A DNA stretch of 64,000 nt from an uncultured bacterium (GTDB taxonomy: Bacteria > Babelota > Babeliae > Babelales > JABCYS01). Where the stretch lies: the NCBI GenBank assembly GCA_963705705.1, contig CAVPKK010000007.1:192001-256000 (forward strand). Direction: 5' to 3'. The translations under genes were made by a program, and so were the position numbers. Positions within the stretch are counted from its first letter, which is position 1; every line of letters starts with the position of its first letter. This document shows, one piece after another, positions 1 to 10,467 of the stretch. The notes beneath the pieces were generated by a model that saw nothing but the letters and a program-made list of their open reading frames with translations, was not told the origin of the DNA and did not search any database.

Positions 1-590
1 GATCCATTGCAAATTCGGGCTGTAGTTTTATTTGGAATACTTTTATCAATTCTCTTCCCGAAATTGAAATGATGAAATTACGGAACAGGATCGCCGATGT
101 TGCTGCTAAAGCTGTTACCATGGCTGGAAGTTCACTACGGGCAGATGATCTAAGGCATGCTGCATGTAGCCATATATATGCCTATCGCTACAAAGAAGCG
201 GCAGACTATTATGATCATTTACTTACTGAATTTTCCTTAGAACCTAATTTTAGGCTCGGCGTTCACTTGGATGCTGGTTTAGCGCACGCAATATTAGCAG
301 CAGAAAGTTCTGATTTTGATAAAAATGAAATAGCCAAAAGCCATTTCAATACTGCATGGCAATACCTGATGAGTATTGACCAAAAACATGATCTGTCCAA
401 AATGTCGGCTGCGGTATTAAAAAGCTGCTTGGCAAGCTGCGAAGATTACTCTGTCTTGGCAACGCGATTTCCACCGGCAACAGGTTTAGCCGCGCTAGTC
501 CAAAATTTCACTGCAGAGATAAAGGTGACACTTCGAACTAAAGAATTGGAAATGGACAATCAGCGGCCGGCCGAGAGCAGCCAACATTAA
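1..590 (+). CDS. Partial (5' truncated) member of the tandem secreted helical protein family (paralog of 618-6726 genes)
   Basis: Frame is open from position 3; IWNTFINSL...AGSSLRADDLRHAA...AADYYDHLLTEF aligns with the C-termini of the next three ORFs. Confidence 0.8.
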   Translation, partial: SIANSGCSFIWNTFINSLPEIEMMKLRNRIADVAAKAVTMAGSSLRADDLRHAACSHIYAYRYKEAADYYDHLLTEFSLEPNFRLGVHLDAGLAHAILAAESSDFDKNEIAKSHFNTAWQYLMSIDQKHDLSKMSAAVLKSCLASCEDYSVLATRFPPATGLAALVQNFTAEIKVTLRTKELEMDNQRPAESSQH

Positions 591-617
591 GTTAACTCTA
601 TAAATGGAGACAAAAAC

Positions 618-2600
618 ATGCTTCTAAACAAACTACTCTATGCAGTTTTAACTGCTGCAATTGCTTCGACCCTTACGGCTACATCTGATTCACCAATTGA
701 GCATGCTCAATCACCTAGATCTGAGGTAATAAATGCGGCTCCAAAAAGTAATAAGCGAGCGTGTATTGCAATTCAACACAAAGCTGAGAAAGAAGAATCA
801 TTGACATCTGTGCCTAAAATACCGGATTGGTATTACGGCAGCTCAGTACACGAACTCACTTTTGAGTATCTTAATTATATAGACCTAACTTTGGCGCGGG
901 GTACCTCAAAAGCTTTTAAAGCCATGGCACCACAGGTGCTCATGCCAACGGGGAAAAATTGGGTTCGTTGGTATAGAAACACGTTCAAAAATGCGAAAAC
1001 TTATCAACAAGAGCTTAAAGCATTTAAAAGCATTCTGTCGGCTACGGGACGACGCCCTAATCCGATTGAAAAACTAAAAGAGATTACGCGCAATTATTAT
1101 CAAGATGTTCCCGCAGCATTACGATTCTGGAATTTTGATACTGAAACAAGGCACCCTCATGCCGCACCTGACATATTCAATGACAAACCTCAAATAATTC
1201 AATTTAAGGATGAGTTGCGCACGACATTGGGCAGAATAATGGACCACATAGCAAAGCTTGAAGTAGCGCAGGCTGAAGCTCGGCGACCAATGGAACAGCA
1301 TGATCAACCAGCAGTTGTAGCAAAAGATCTTGCAGCATTGAAAGAGCGGCAACAACAAATTCTTGCCCCTTTGAAGGAGCAACAACAAAAGATCGTTGAT
1401 CTCTTAATCCCCAGCCTTTATGCACTTGCGCCATATGCCACTGCCAACACTATACTAGCCGAGTTCGGCGAATCTGATGTGCTACCAGATCACTTACCTA
1501 TAGTATGTACACGTAGTGAATCTTTAGACCAACGACCATTATTACGCCTTGCAAAAAAGATTGCTCCTACAAGAGGCTATGTCACGACACAGTCACTAGG
1601 TTATATACCATTGGTTCATACAATATTAGCTGCGCAACCGGATCGAACATCGCGCATGTTAAAGGCAAGGCTAGAAGATAGTTTAATGAAAATAGCTTCT
1701 CCAACACCATTTGATCCAAAAATATCTCCTGACATTTTAATAATGAATGATCAACAAGATATTTATTATTACCGCATCAAAATTAATCAGCTAAAACAGG
1801 CAATAAAGAACCTTATTTTTAAGGACAGGGAAGCTTCTCGCGCTGATCTTGAACAGGCACTATGGAATCATGAAAATTTCCTCAATGAGCATGTACTTGC
1901 ACGAATAGAGGATTATCTCATTCTTTTAGAAAATCCAGCGCAACTACAAAAGGATGCCATTACTAAACATGTTTTGTGGTTAATTGAAACTGTATTGAGT
2001 TGTGCTCGCGCATCTGAATTACATGATTGCAGAATCATTGCATTCACGGCTTATAATCACTGGAGCAAATTCATTAACTCAATTAATCAGCATGAAAGAA
2101 AGAAAATTATTAATAACGTAGCTTATTTTGCCCTCAGGGTGGTTATTCTTGCCGCTGACACATTGACATCACATGATCTCAGAGCAGCCGTTTTCCCTTT
2201 TATGGCCATTTCATCATACTATCAGGCCGCTATATATAGCGATCAACTACTCAATGAATTTAGGAACGATGCTAATCTTATTGATTATTTCCGTGATAGC
2301 TTTATTCAAATATCTTTAACGTCAGCGTATTTGCGATCTCATAAACACGAAGCTGCCAATTGTCATTATTCTAAAGCAATGGAGCGTCTAGACCGAGTTC
2401 AACAATTAGTAAGTGAAGCACCAATTGAACAACTAAAACAAAATTTCCCGATCATTCAAGGCGATTGTAGGACTCTTTCTCATATTACGACGGCAAAAAA
2501 TCAACAGATAGCCGAATTATTGACCAAGGCGGACCAACTCACGGTAGCTATGAGTGCACGAATTAATGAATTGGAAGCATCGGCTAATCCTCAACCATAA
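618..2600 (+). CDS. Secreted F-box-like effector candidate, 660 aa
   Basis: Signal peptide MLLNKLLYAVLTAAIASTLTA; F-box-like IPDW..ELTFEYLNYIDLTLARGTSKAFK; MPTG..RFWN motif; RBS GGAG. Confidence 0.75.
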   Translation: MLLNKLLYAVLTAAIASTLTATSDSPIEHAQSPRSEVINAAPKSNKRACIAIQHKAEKEESLTSVPKIPDWYYGSSVHELTFEYLNYIDLTLARGTSKAFKAMAPQVLMPTGKNWVRWYRNTFKNAKTYQQELKAFKSILSATGRRPNPIEKLKEITRNYYQDVPAALRFWNFDTETRHPHAAPDIFNDKPQIIQFKDELRTTLGRIMDHIAKLEVAQAEARRPMEQHDQPAVVAKDLAALKERQQQILAPLKEQQQKIVDLLIPSLYALAPYATANTILAEFGESDVLPDHLPIVCTRSESLDQRPLLRLAKKIAPTRGYVTTQSLGYIPLVHTILAAQPDRTSRMLKARLEDSLMKIASPTPFDPKISPDILIMNDQQDIYYYRIKINQLKQAIKNLIFKDREASRADLEQALWNHENFLNEHVLARIEDYLILLENPAQLQKDAITKHVLWLIETVLSCARASELHDCRIIAFTAYNHWSKFINSINQHERKKIINNVAYFALRVVILAADTLTSHDLRAAVFPFMAISSYYQAAIYSDQLLNEFRNDANLIDYFRDSFIQISLTSAYLRSHKHEAANCHYSKAMERLDRVQQLVSEAPIEQLKQNFPIIQGDCRTLSHITTAKNQQIAELLTKADQLTVAMSARINELEASANPQP

Positions 2601-2649
2601 TAAGTGCCATAAAGAAATTGTGCAGCGGCTAAAAAACAGAAGGCTACAT

Positions 2650-4728
2650 ATGAATTTTAAAAAATTATATATCTCACTACTAACTGCACTTGCAGTCGGT
2701 TCCCTTTTGGCGACATCAGACTCACCAAACAGTTCATCATCAAGTTCATTGACTGCCAATATGTCAGATGCAACGGAATCTAATCGCACTAAGCGAAAAG
2801 GGATTGATGCCGCTATTCTGGATGACATGGCTAATGAGGAAGAATCGTTCGGACGCCAAAAAACTTTGCGGCTGGGCACAACGCCATCAACATTGGCCTT
2901 GCCAATGTCCTTTAGCCCTAACCCAATAAGCCCAAATATATCTTCTTTACCCTCACCGTCATCCCTCACGGTTGCACCTAAAAATAAAGCTACATCCTTC
3001 CCTGTCCAGTTTTATAGCAGTTCACATTTAGTAGATAGCTTTGAATATCTTGATTACAGAGATTTAAAGGCAGCACGGGCTGTATCGAAAAATTTCACGT
3101 TCTTTAAAGATGCCGCGCAACAGGCACTCATGCCCAGTGGCAAACAATGGGTTTCTTGGTTTAATCAAAAATTTAATACAGCAAAAACAGTGCCTCAACA
3201 ACTTCGGGTTTTATCGGATGCCACGGCAGCCATAGTCCGCAGTCCAAATCCAGTAATTAAACTGCGAGAAATTGTACAAAATTATTACAGCGATGTGCCT
3301 CAAAAATTACGTCTTTGGAACGTGGGAATTAGGGGGAAATTTCTGCCGATAAAACAACCAGCGATGCTACGCGAAGAGTTGGAAATCGTTGCACTTGGCA
3401 TAGCGGCACTTAAAGAGCATGAACAAACAGAAGAAACTAAGCAAGAGCTGGAAAATTTGAAGGCACGACACCAAGAGATCGTGAGCGCTTTGATTCCTTA
3501 TCTCCATGCCCTTACGCCATATTCTGCCGCAAACATAATACTATCAGAGCTTGCCTATGATCCAAATCTTCCATCGATCATACCAGAGTATTTACCGTTG
3601 CTGCCTCAAAATAAAAGCACCTTGGAAGGCAGCGCTGTGGAAATTCTTCTAAAGAAATTCATCCCAAGAGGATTGATGGCATTAAAAACAACCCAATTAT
3701 TGCCATCGATCTATGCAACACTCGTTACACAACCTGGTCTAGTTAACCGAGCAACAAGACCATGCCTTGAAAGACGCTTGCTCAAATCTATTAATTATCG
3801 CTCATTTGATCGTTCGGTACCTATCGAAACATTGATTTCAAATGATCAAACCGACATTGAATATTACAATCTAAAAATCGGTTTGCTTAGAAAAACGCTG
3901 CGTAATATCATTTTTCAAGATAAAAAAACAAGTAGAATGGGACTTGAAAAAGCCCTTAACAGAATGAGAACTGATCATCTCATATTTCTTTGCAAGCGAA
4001 TCGCTGACTATCTAAAATTTTTGGAACAACCTAATCTTCGGTACAGGGATACAGTAATTCAACACACATTTTACTTAATGACAACAAGTGCAAGCAACCC
4101 ATCAGAATTAATTGAATGCAGAACAATCGTCGAATCATCATACAATAATAATTGGCATGCATTTTTAATGTCAAATATCGATTATAAAAAAATCACAATG
4201 CTGCTTCAACTGGCGCGTTGCGCTAACAGGGCCGCGCTTCTTGCTGGCAGCACATTGACACAAGCTGATCTGAGATACGCAATCCATTATAATTTGGCTG
4301 TACCACAGCAATTTGGTATGGAATATGTATCCGCAGAACAGAGTGATCAGTTGATTACAGAATTTGGCGATGGGGCATCGGCATACGATTATTTGGTTGC
4401 TAGCTATGCCCAAGCCGCTGTAGCTTCAAAAACCCCCAATGCAGAAATTGCCCAGCGCCATCTTAATGCTGCAACGCAATATATGGTGTCTGCTCAGCAG
4501 ATGGCACCGACTGTAAGCTATACAAACACCCTGTGGCCCATAAAGGGCTTGGAACGATATTTGGAAGATATCGAAAGATTAAACAACCTCTATGGCAACC
4601 TGCCACGTGCTTGCGTGCAGTTGGCCGCGCATAGTCATGAAATCACAAAAAATCTTACAAGCAAAGTTCGCGAAAAAATTCGACAGCTAAAGCAAGAAGC
4701 AGCGGCAGCTCAAATAGTGCATCCATAA
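2650..4728 (+). CDS. Secreted F-box-like effector candidate (paralog)
   Basis: Start moved to MNFKKLYISLLTALAVGSLLA signal peptide; FEYLDYRDLKAARAVSKNF F-box-like motif. Confidence 0.75.
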   Translation: MNFKKLYISLLTALAVGSLLATSDSPNSSSSSSLTANMSDATESNRTKRKGIDAAILDDMANEEESFGRQKTLRLGTTPSTLALPMSFSPNPISPNISSLPSPSSLTVAPKNKATSFPVQFYSSSHLVDSFEYLDYRDLKAARAVSKNFTFFKDAAQQALMPSGKQWVSWFNQKFNTAKTVPQQLRVLSDATAAIVRSPNPVIKLREIVQNYYSDVPQKLRLWNVGIRGKFLPIKQPAMLREELEIVALGIAALKEHEQTEETKQELENLKARHQEIVSALIPYLHALTPYSAANIILSELAYDPNLPSIIPEYLPLLPQNKSTLEGSAVEILLKKFIPRGLMALKTTQLLPSIYATLVTQPGLVNRATRPCLERRLLKSINYRSFDRSVPIETLISNDQTDIEYYNLKIGLLRKTLRNIIFQDKKTSRMGLEKALNRMRTDHLIFLCKRIADYLKFLEQPNLRYRDTVIQHTFYLMTTSASNPSELIECRTIVESSYNNNWHAFLMSNIDYKKITMLLQLARCANRAALLAGSTLTQADLRYAIHYNLAVPQQFGMEYVSAEQSDQLITEFGDGASAYDYLVASYAQAAVASKTPNAEIAQRHLNAATQYMVSAQQMAPTVSYTNTLWPIKGLERYLEDIERLNNLYGNLPRACVQLAAHSHEITKNLTSKVREKIRQLKQEAAAAQIVHP

Positions 4729-4740
4729 ATGGAGAAAAAC

Positions 4741-6726
4741 ATGATTTTTAACAAACGAGATATCACATTTATAGCGGTTTTGACAATCACAACGCATCTT
4801 ATGGGAACTTCTAGTTCTTCATCATTAACGTCACCGACACAAGATGACGTGATAGCGAGTAAGCGGCAAAGAGTGAGTTTAGCCCTTGCGACTCAACAGG
4901 AAAGGCAAGCATGCTTCATGATCAGTCCACGCGTAGCCAAAAATATGGCATCGATCCCAGACTGGTTTTGCGGCAGCCCAATGCATGCTCTGGTCTTTGA
5001 AGATCTCAATTATGCAGATTTGAGTGGGGTACGGCGTACCTCAAAAGCTTTTAAGGCAATGGCAAAGCAGGTAATTATGCCCACAGGTCAGAGATGGGTC
5101 TCGTGGTTTTTAAATAAGTTTAAAGATAATTCTAACCAGAAAAAGCGCATGCAGGCATTTGCAGATATTGTATCAGCAATCGGTCGCAGCCCCAATGCGC
5201 TGGTAAAACTTCGCGAGATTGTAAGAAATTATTATAGAGATGTTCCCGCAACAATGCGCTTTTGGAATTTTGATGAACATAAAAAGAGCTCTGCTTGGCG
5301 AGCAGATCTCGGGAAGTTTAATGCCTATGGACAACAGACTATTGTATACAAAGATAATCTATTCACTGAGTTAAAACATATTGAAGAAGGCATAAAAAAG
5401 CTTGAGACAGAGCACAAGCAAGCCCGAAAAGCGGTAATCGATCAAGCACAAGCAACTGCTGAAAAAGATCTTGCAGAGTTGAAAGAACGACAGAAAAAAA
5501 TTCTGGCTCCATTAAAAGAGCGCAAGCATCAACTTATTCATCTTTTACTGCCAAGCCTTCAGGCACTTGCTCCGTATGCTGTAGCTCATCGTATATTGTC
5601 TGCACTCGGCGAGGATGAAGCAAATTTACTGCCCACGACATTACCGCTAGTAATCAACTTAGACTATAGAGACTTATCGCCGCTGGCATACAAACGTAGT
5701 CCTGCCCATGAATATGAACTTATTGATCAACTCACCTATATTTGCATTCCATCAGTTCACGACTCTTTGGCAATACAAACTGATTCAATTTCGCGCTCAT
5801 CCAAAGCTCTGGTTGAAGACGGGTTAATAAAAAGGATTGTACCAAGAACATTTGATGCATCTCTTGATCCAGAATATCTGATCAAAACTGATCATTTTGA
5901 CGTTCGTTCGTATAATACAAAAATTAACCTACTCCGACTTGCAGCAAACAACATGTGCTTGACTGGCAAACAAACTTCTCAAATTGGTTTTCAAGAAGCT
6001 TTATATGATACCGAAACTGATAGAAATCAATTTATTTTTGCGCGAATTTCAGATTATCTTGCGGATGAAAGGCTATTAAAGCAAAAAAGTATAACTGCTC
6101 ATATATTATGGTTGATGGAGAATGTTATAAAACATGCTCGCTCAACGGAATTACAAGATTGCAGAACCATTGCTATAGCCTGCGATGGATCCTGGAAAAA
6201 GTTTCTTAATGGTTTCAACGACCAACCTCAACGTATTGCTCATATTCTAAGGGGCGCGGCTCAAGCGTCTGAACAAGCAGTCAATCGCGCCGCTGACATA
6301 TTAACAATTGATGATCTTAGACGTGCAATATGGCTTCACCTGAAGAGTCACGACTATTCAAAAGCTGCAGCATATTCTGAGCACCTATTCACAGAATTTG
6401 GTACTACTGATTGTTCTGATTATATAAATGCTTGTCGCATATATTACAATTTCGCATCGCATTCAAAAGACACTGAAGCTGCCAAGCGAAACCTTGCAAA
6501 AGCAATGGAATATATAACGCGAGGTCTGCACATAGAGCTCGGAAAATCTAACCTGCGCCACTTAAAAAAATATGTACGATTACTTCGCAGACTGCATAAT
6601 GATCTTTCTGCACCTACAAACTCTTATTCTGGATCGACAGAGATTTTACCGGTGATTGATCACGCGACGGCTGCAATTAATGAAAAAATTACTGAGTTAG
6701 AAGCAGCGGCTAATCCTCAACCATAG
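4741..6726 (+). CDS. Secreted F-box-like effector candidate (paralog)
   Basis: Signal peptide; IPDW..VFEDLNYADLSGVRRTSKAFK; ends ELEAAANPQP like gene 618-2600. Confidence 0.75.
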   Translation: MIFNKRDITFIAVLTITTHLMGTSSSSSLTSPTQDDVIASKRQRVSLALATQQERQACFMISPRVAKNMASIPDWFCGSPMHALVFEDLNYADLSGVRRTSKAFKAMAKQVIMPTGQRWVSWFLNKFKDNSNQKKRMQAFADIVSAIGRSPNALVKLREIVRNYYRDVPATMRFWNFDEHKKSSAWRADLGKFNAYGQQTIVYKDNLFTELKHIEEGIKKLETEHKQARKAVIDQAQATAEKDLAELKERQKKILAPLKERKHQLIHLLLPSLQALAPYAVAHRILSALGEDEANLLPTTLPLVINLDYRDLSPLAYKRSPAHEYELIDQLTYICIPSVHDSLAIQTDSISRSSKALVEDGLIKRIVPRTFDASLDPEYLIKTDHFDVRSYNTKINLLRLAANNMCLTGKQTSQIGFQEALYDTETDRNQFIFARISDYLADERLLKQKSITAHILWLMENVIKHARSTELQDCRTIAIACDGSWKKFLNGFNDQPQRIAHILRGAAQASEQAVNRAADILTIDDLRRAIWLHLKSHDYSKAAAYSEHLFTEFGTTDCSDYINACRIYYNFASHSKDTEAAKRNLAKAMEYITRGLHIELGKSNLRHLKKYVRLLRRLHNDLSAPTNSYSGSTEILPVIDHATAAINEKITELEAAANPQP

Positions 6727-6799
6727 TTCAATGAGTTAAACTTTCGCTCAAGCTGATATACTGGATAGCAAACGTATATCAGTTTGACGCGAGAAGCCA

Positions 6800-8443
6800 A
6801 TGAACCAATTAGATTTTATTAAACAATCATTCAATCAATTCCTTCAGACCCATTACCAACTTTCTGCTGAACAACTTCAGCCCATCCATCTGACGTTAAA
6901 TACTGATCCTGAAAAGCAAAAGTTTGGCGATTTAAATTCCAATGCAGCCATGGTGCTGGCAAAAATGTTGGGCAAGCCACCACGCATCATTGCACAGGAA
7001 ATTGTTGACTCTTTTAAGCATCCGCACGTCGAAAAAATAGAAATAGCCGGGCCCGGCTTTGTTAATCTATTTCTTACACGATCTACCTTTGTAGAATTGG
7101 CTTCCGCTATTAATGAGCAAGGTGGCGCATTCTTTAAGCCACATGGGTTAAAAAAAGAGAACGTATCACTTGAATTTGTAAGCGCAAACCCAACCGGGCC
7201 GCTACATATTGGCCACGGCCGCGGCGGTATCATTGGCGATGTGTTGGGCAATGTGTTGCGATTTATTGGCCACGATGTGTGCAAGGAATTCTACACTAAT
7301 GATGCCGGCACGCAGATCCAGAACCTTGGATTATCACTTAAGGCCAGGGTGCTTCAACAGTTAGGCCAAGAGGCGGCTATTCCTGAAGGCGGCTACGAAG
7401 GCGAATATATGATTGATATCGCTCAGGAGCTGATCGCCGAACAAGGCAAGGGAGTTGCCGACAAGCCAACAGAGTTCTTTTCTACCTACGCCAAAGACAA
7501 ACTTCTGTCCGAAATTAAACAAACACTTAAGGATTACGGTATCACATTCGATGTATGGTTTTCAGAAAAGAGTTTGTATGACGATGGATCTATCTCGCGC
7601 GAGATTCAGGCATTAGCAAAGGCTAACTATACATATGAAAAAGATGGCGCTGTTTGGTTCAAGTCAACCGAGTTTGGTGACGACAAAGACCGTGTATTGA
7701 AGAAGGCAAATGGCGAGTTGACGTACGTAGCATCTGACATTGCCTACATGGACAATAAAATTAAGCGCGGCGCCAATCATCTTATCATAGTGCTCGGGCA
7801 AGATCATCATAGTTATGTGGTGCGGCTCAAAGGCTTATTGAAGGCCATGGGCCATAATCCTGATATGTTGGACGTCATTTTGTATCAGCTGGTTACACTC
7901 AAAGCTAGTGGTGCCGTTATGCGAATGTCTAAACGAGCTGGGCGCATCGTATCGCTTCGTGATGTTATTGATGTGGTAGGCAAAGATGTGGCCCGATTCT
8001 TTTATTTACATCGTAAAGCAGATGCGCATCTCGACTTTGATGTTGATCTCGCGCTTAAACGGTCTGAAGAAAATCCTGTTTATTATTTACAATATGCGTA
8101 TGTGCGACTCAATGGTATTGCCGGGAAGGCACAAGAGATCCCGGGCCTTGAACCTGATCTTACCGCATATGAAATGCTCGAGCATGAACAACTACTAATT
8201 AAGAAGATTATCGATCTTCGGGAAATTCTGCTTGGCATTAACCGCACCCTGCAACCGCATTTGCTCACCTACTACGTTCTGGAACTCGCCCAAGCATTCC
8301 ATCACTATTACGCTCACAATCGCGTGGTTGATGCGGATAATTTGGCACAAAGCCGCATGCGCTTGGCTGTTATGGGTTTGCTGCGTGAAACCTTTGAGCT
8401 TGTTCTTGATTTGATTGGCATAAGCAAGCCAGAAAAAATGTAA
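6800..8443 (+). CDS. argS: Arginine--tRNA ligase
   Basis: EFVSANPTGPLHIGHGRG (HIGH), MSKRAG, NPVYYLQYAYVR, C-terminal PEKM. Confidence 0.98.
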   Translation: MNQLDFIKQSFNQFLQTHYQLSAEQLQPIHLTLNTDPEKQKFGDLNSNAAMVLAKMLGKPPRIIAQEIVDSFKHPHVEKIEIAGPGFVNLFLTRSTFVELASAINEQGGAFFKPHGLKKENVSLEFVSANPTGPLHIGHGRGGIIGDVLGNVLRFIGHDVCKEFYTNDAGTQIQNLGLSLKARVLQQLGQEAAIPEGGYEGEYMIDIAQELIAEQGKGVADKPTEFFSTYAKDKLLSEIKQTLKDYGITFDVWFSEKSLYDDGSISREIQALAKANYTYEKDGAVWFKSTEFGDDKDRVLKKANGELTYVASDIAYMDNKIKRGANHLIIVLGQDHHSYVVRLKGLLKAMGHNPDMLDVILYQLVTLKASGAVMRMSKRAGRIVSLRDVIDVVGKDVARFFYLHRKADAHLDFDVDLALKRSEENPVYYLQYAYVRLNGIAGKAQEIPGLEPDLTAYEMLEHEQLLIKKIIDLREILLGINRTLQPHLLTYYVLELAQAFHHYYAHNRVVDADNLAQSRMRLAVMGLLRETFELVLDLIGISKPEKM

Positions 8444-8445
8444 TG

Positions 8446-8476
8446 AAAAAGGGCGGCAAATTGCCGCCCAAAATTT
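8446..8476. terminator. Hairpin terminator between convergent genes
   Basis: gggcggcaa-a-ttgccgccc preceded by an A-run. Confidence 0.7.
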
Positions 8477-8496
8477 GGCTATAGGAGAGTAACCTA

Positions 8497-8826
8497 TTAA
8501 TTTCCCCTACCGCGGATTTCGTTCAACATTTCTCTGGCCCGCTGCTCTAATGCCGGTGATGCTTGTTGGTTCACTACTGCGTCCAATAGTCGCCTTGCCT
8601 CCTCCATTTGCTGTACTTGAGTCCGACTATTTTCTTCCCGAACTTCGCTTAATAACTTCTGTGCTCGCTGCAGATTCATGCGAGCTGTTGATTCTGCAAT
8701 GGCGTTAGCGTTAGGGTTGCTTTGAGAGGAGCCGGATGTTGGACCTCCGGGAGGAGTTGGACCTGCTGTTAGGCAGGCAATTACTGATATTGGTAAAATA
8801 AAGAGTGCCATTAATTTGATCTTCAT
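8497..8826 (-). CDS. Secreted hypothetical protein
   Basis: Signal peptide MKIKLMALFILPISVIACLTA, Pro/Ser-rich leader, helical C-terminus; RBS AAGGA. Confidence 0.7.
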   Translation of the reverse strand: MKIKLMALFILPISVIACLTAGPTPPGGPTSGSSQSNPNANAIAESTARMNLQRAQKLLSEVREENSRTQVQQMEEARRLLDAVVNQQASPALEQRAREMLNEIRGRGN

Positions 8827-8854
8827 GTAGTCCTTTTTGTTGTTAATGATAGTT

Positions 8855-9292
8855 CTATTTTTCTGCTGGACCAGTAAGCCTACGCGTTCCCTTATAAGCC
8901 CCGACACGCTTAATGTCTTCGCTTGTAACATTATCGGCTATTGGCTTGCGCCATTTGGTTTGTGGTTCAATTCTAAAGCCGCTATCGGCTCTCACCGCCC
9001 TAATTTTTAAAGACTTTTTCCCGGTGGTTGCAAACTGATAAATGTAGGCAATGGCCGGTTTATCTGCTTCCCAAATAAGCAACTGCGGATTTTCAGTCGA
9101 AATTTCTAGTTGCGACTTTTTTCCCGGCGCTATGTGATGAATTACATCAGTAAATTCATCCTGGGAACCGACGATATAACGAATGGGATTTTTGAGCTTA
9201 TTGTAAAAATTCAGCGTTACCGCTGCTGGGGCAGAGGTGGCCAAACATGGTAAAGCTAACAGTGTAACTACGGCAAGAACTATTTTTTTCAT
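8855..9292 (-). CDS. Secreted hypothetical protein
   Basis: Signal peptide MKKIVLAVVTLLALPCLA followed by TSAPAA. Confidence 0.75.
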   Translation of the reverse strand: MKKIVLAVVTLLALPCLATSAPAAVTLNFYNKLKNPIRYIVGSQDEFTDVIHHIAPGKKSQLEISTENPQLLIWEADKPAIAYIYQFATTGKKSLKIRAVRADSGFRIEPQTKWRKPIADNVTSEDIKRVGAYKGTRRLTGPAEK

Positions 9293-9328
9293 AGGTGATC
9301 CATTCGGTTTATCTAGCATAATTTTTCT

Positions 9329-10288
9329 TCATTTTATAAGAGCGCCTGGTACAGATGACGTAGATTCGCCCTTTTCAGCTTTTTCTTTTTTTTCCTCGAC
9401 GGTTCCATGATATTCATAATCTCCTACCATTTCTGCAACTCCCGGATGCGGCAGATGTTGTTTAAGTATCTGGTTAAGTTGGTATTGTCTTATATGAGAA
9501 TCAACAACATCTTTGATAATTTCAGCAACCAACAGTGATTTCGAATGACCGATTTTTCCCTCTCGCTCATACGTACGCCATTTATGTATATGTTTTTCAA
9601 GATCTTCCATCATAATTCTAAAATCATTAAGTGTAGGGTCGTTCTTTTTTATATATTGTTGCATTTGCCGCTCTACCCAATCACGTATGGGTTGAATTTT
9701 TTTATAGAAAGCAATAATGTCATTGGCAGACTTGGCGCTTGCTTTTAGTTTTTGTGCATGTTTTTCAGTGTCATAAATTTCGTAATCTAGTACCGTGTCA
9801 AAGGTTAGTTCGGGAGTATGTCGAGTTTTCTCATTGGCTTTTTCCCTTAGTTCTCCCCAATGGACTAAACACTGAAAACAAGCACGTTCGGAATATTTTT
9901 TTAAACAATCATCAATAACATCTTTTATCTTTGCACCCTGCGCTAATTGTGTTTGGAACTTAATAAAATCGGGTTTGAACCGTTTAAGTTCTTGGGTATA
10001 GGCTAATTCCTGATCTACAAGGGCTAGCCTTTGAAGCTGATCGGGTATGATATGATTATGTAGCCGATCAAAATTGATGTCCGCAGTAACCCATTGATAC
10101 TTGTCGCACTCGTTCAAACGAGTAAGAACACTATTAAATTCCTTCCAAACCCCGGTGTATAGTGATTTACAAAATTCCTCTTGTGGATTTAGTACCTGGA
10201 CTTGGGCGGCTGGTGCGCTTGAAGAAAGAAGGGTAGAGCTGCCAAGGGATAACACTAGGCCAATTATTAAAGTATTCTGTTTCTTCAT
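9329..10288 (-). CDS. Secreted helical hypothetical protein with C-terminal LPxxxVAxMVxxY motif
   Basis: Signal peptide then SSSAPAA; RBS GGAG; 319-aa ORF. Confidence 0.75.
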   Translation of the reverse strand: MKKQNTLIIGLVLSLGSSTLLSSSAPAAQVQVLNPQEEFCKSLYTGVWKEFNSVLTRLNECDKYQWVTADINFDRLHNHIIPDQLQRLALVDQELAYTQELKRFKPDFIKFQTQLAQGAKIKDVIDDCLKKYSERACFQCLVHWGELREKANEKTRHTPELTFDTVLDYEIYDTEKHAQKLKASAKSANDIIAFYKKIQPIRDWVERQMQQYIKKNDPTLNDFRIMMEDLEKHIHKWRTYEREGKIGHSKSLLVAEIIKDVVDSHIRQYQLNQILKQHLPHPGVAEMVGDYEYHGTVEEKKEKAEKGESTSSVPGALIK

Positions 10289-10467
10289 AAATGGTCTCCC
10301 TAGATGCTTATACTCTCTATGAAATTACGTTTGTTTATTATGAATTTTTGTGCCGGGCTGGGCAAAAACCCATGTCTAGTATTAAAGTAGCTGATCGATA
10401 GTTCAAAAAACAAGAGATTGTGGCAGACTATTGGCCCTCTTAACAATAACAGTACCTAAAGGATATT

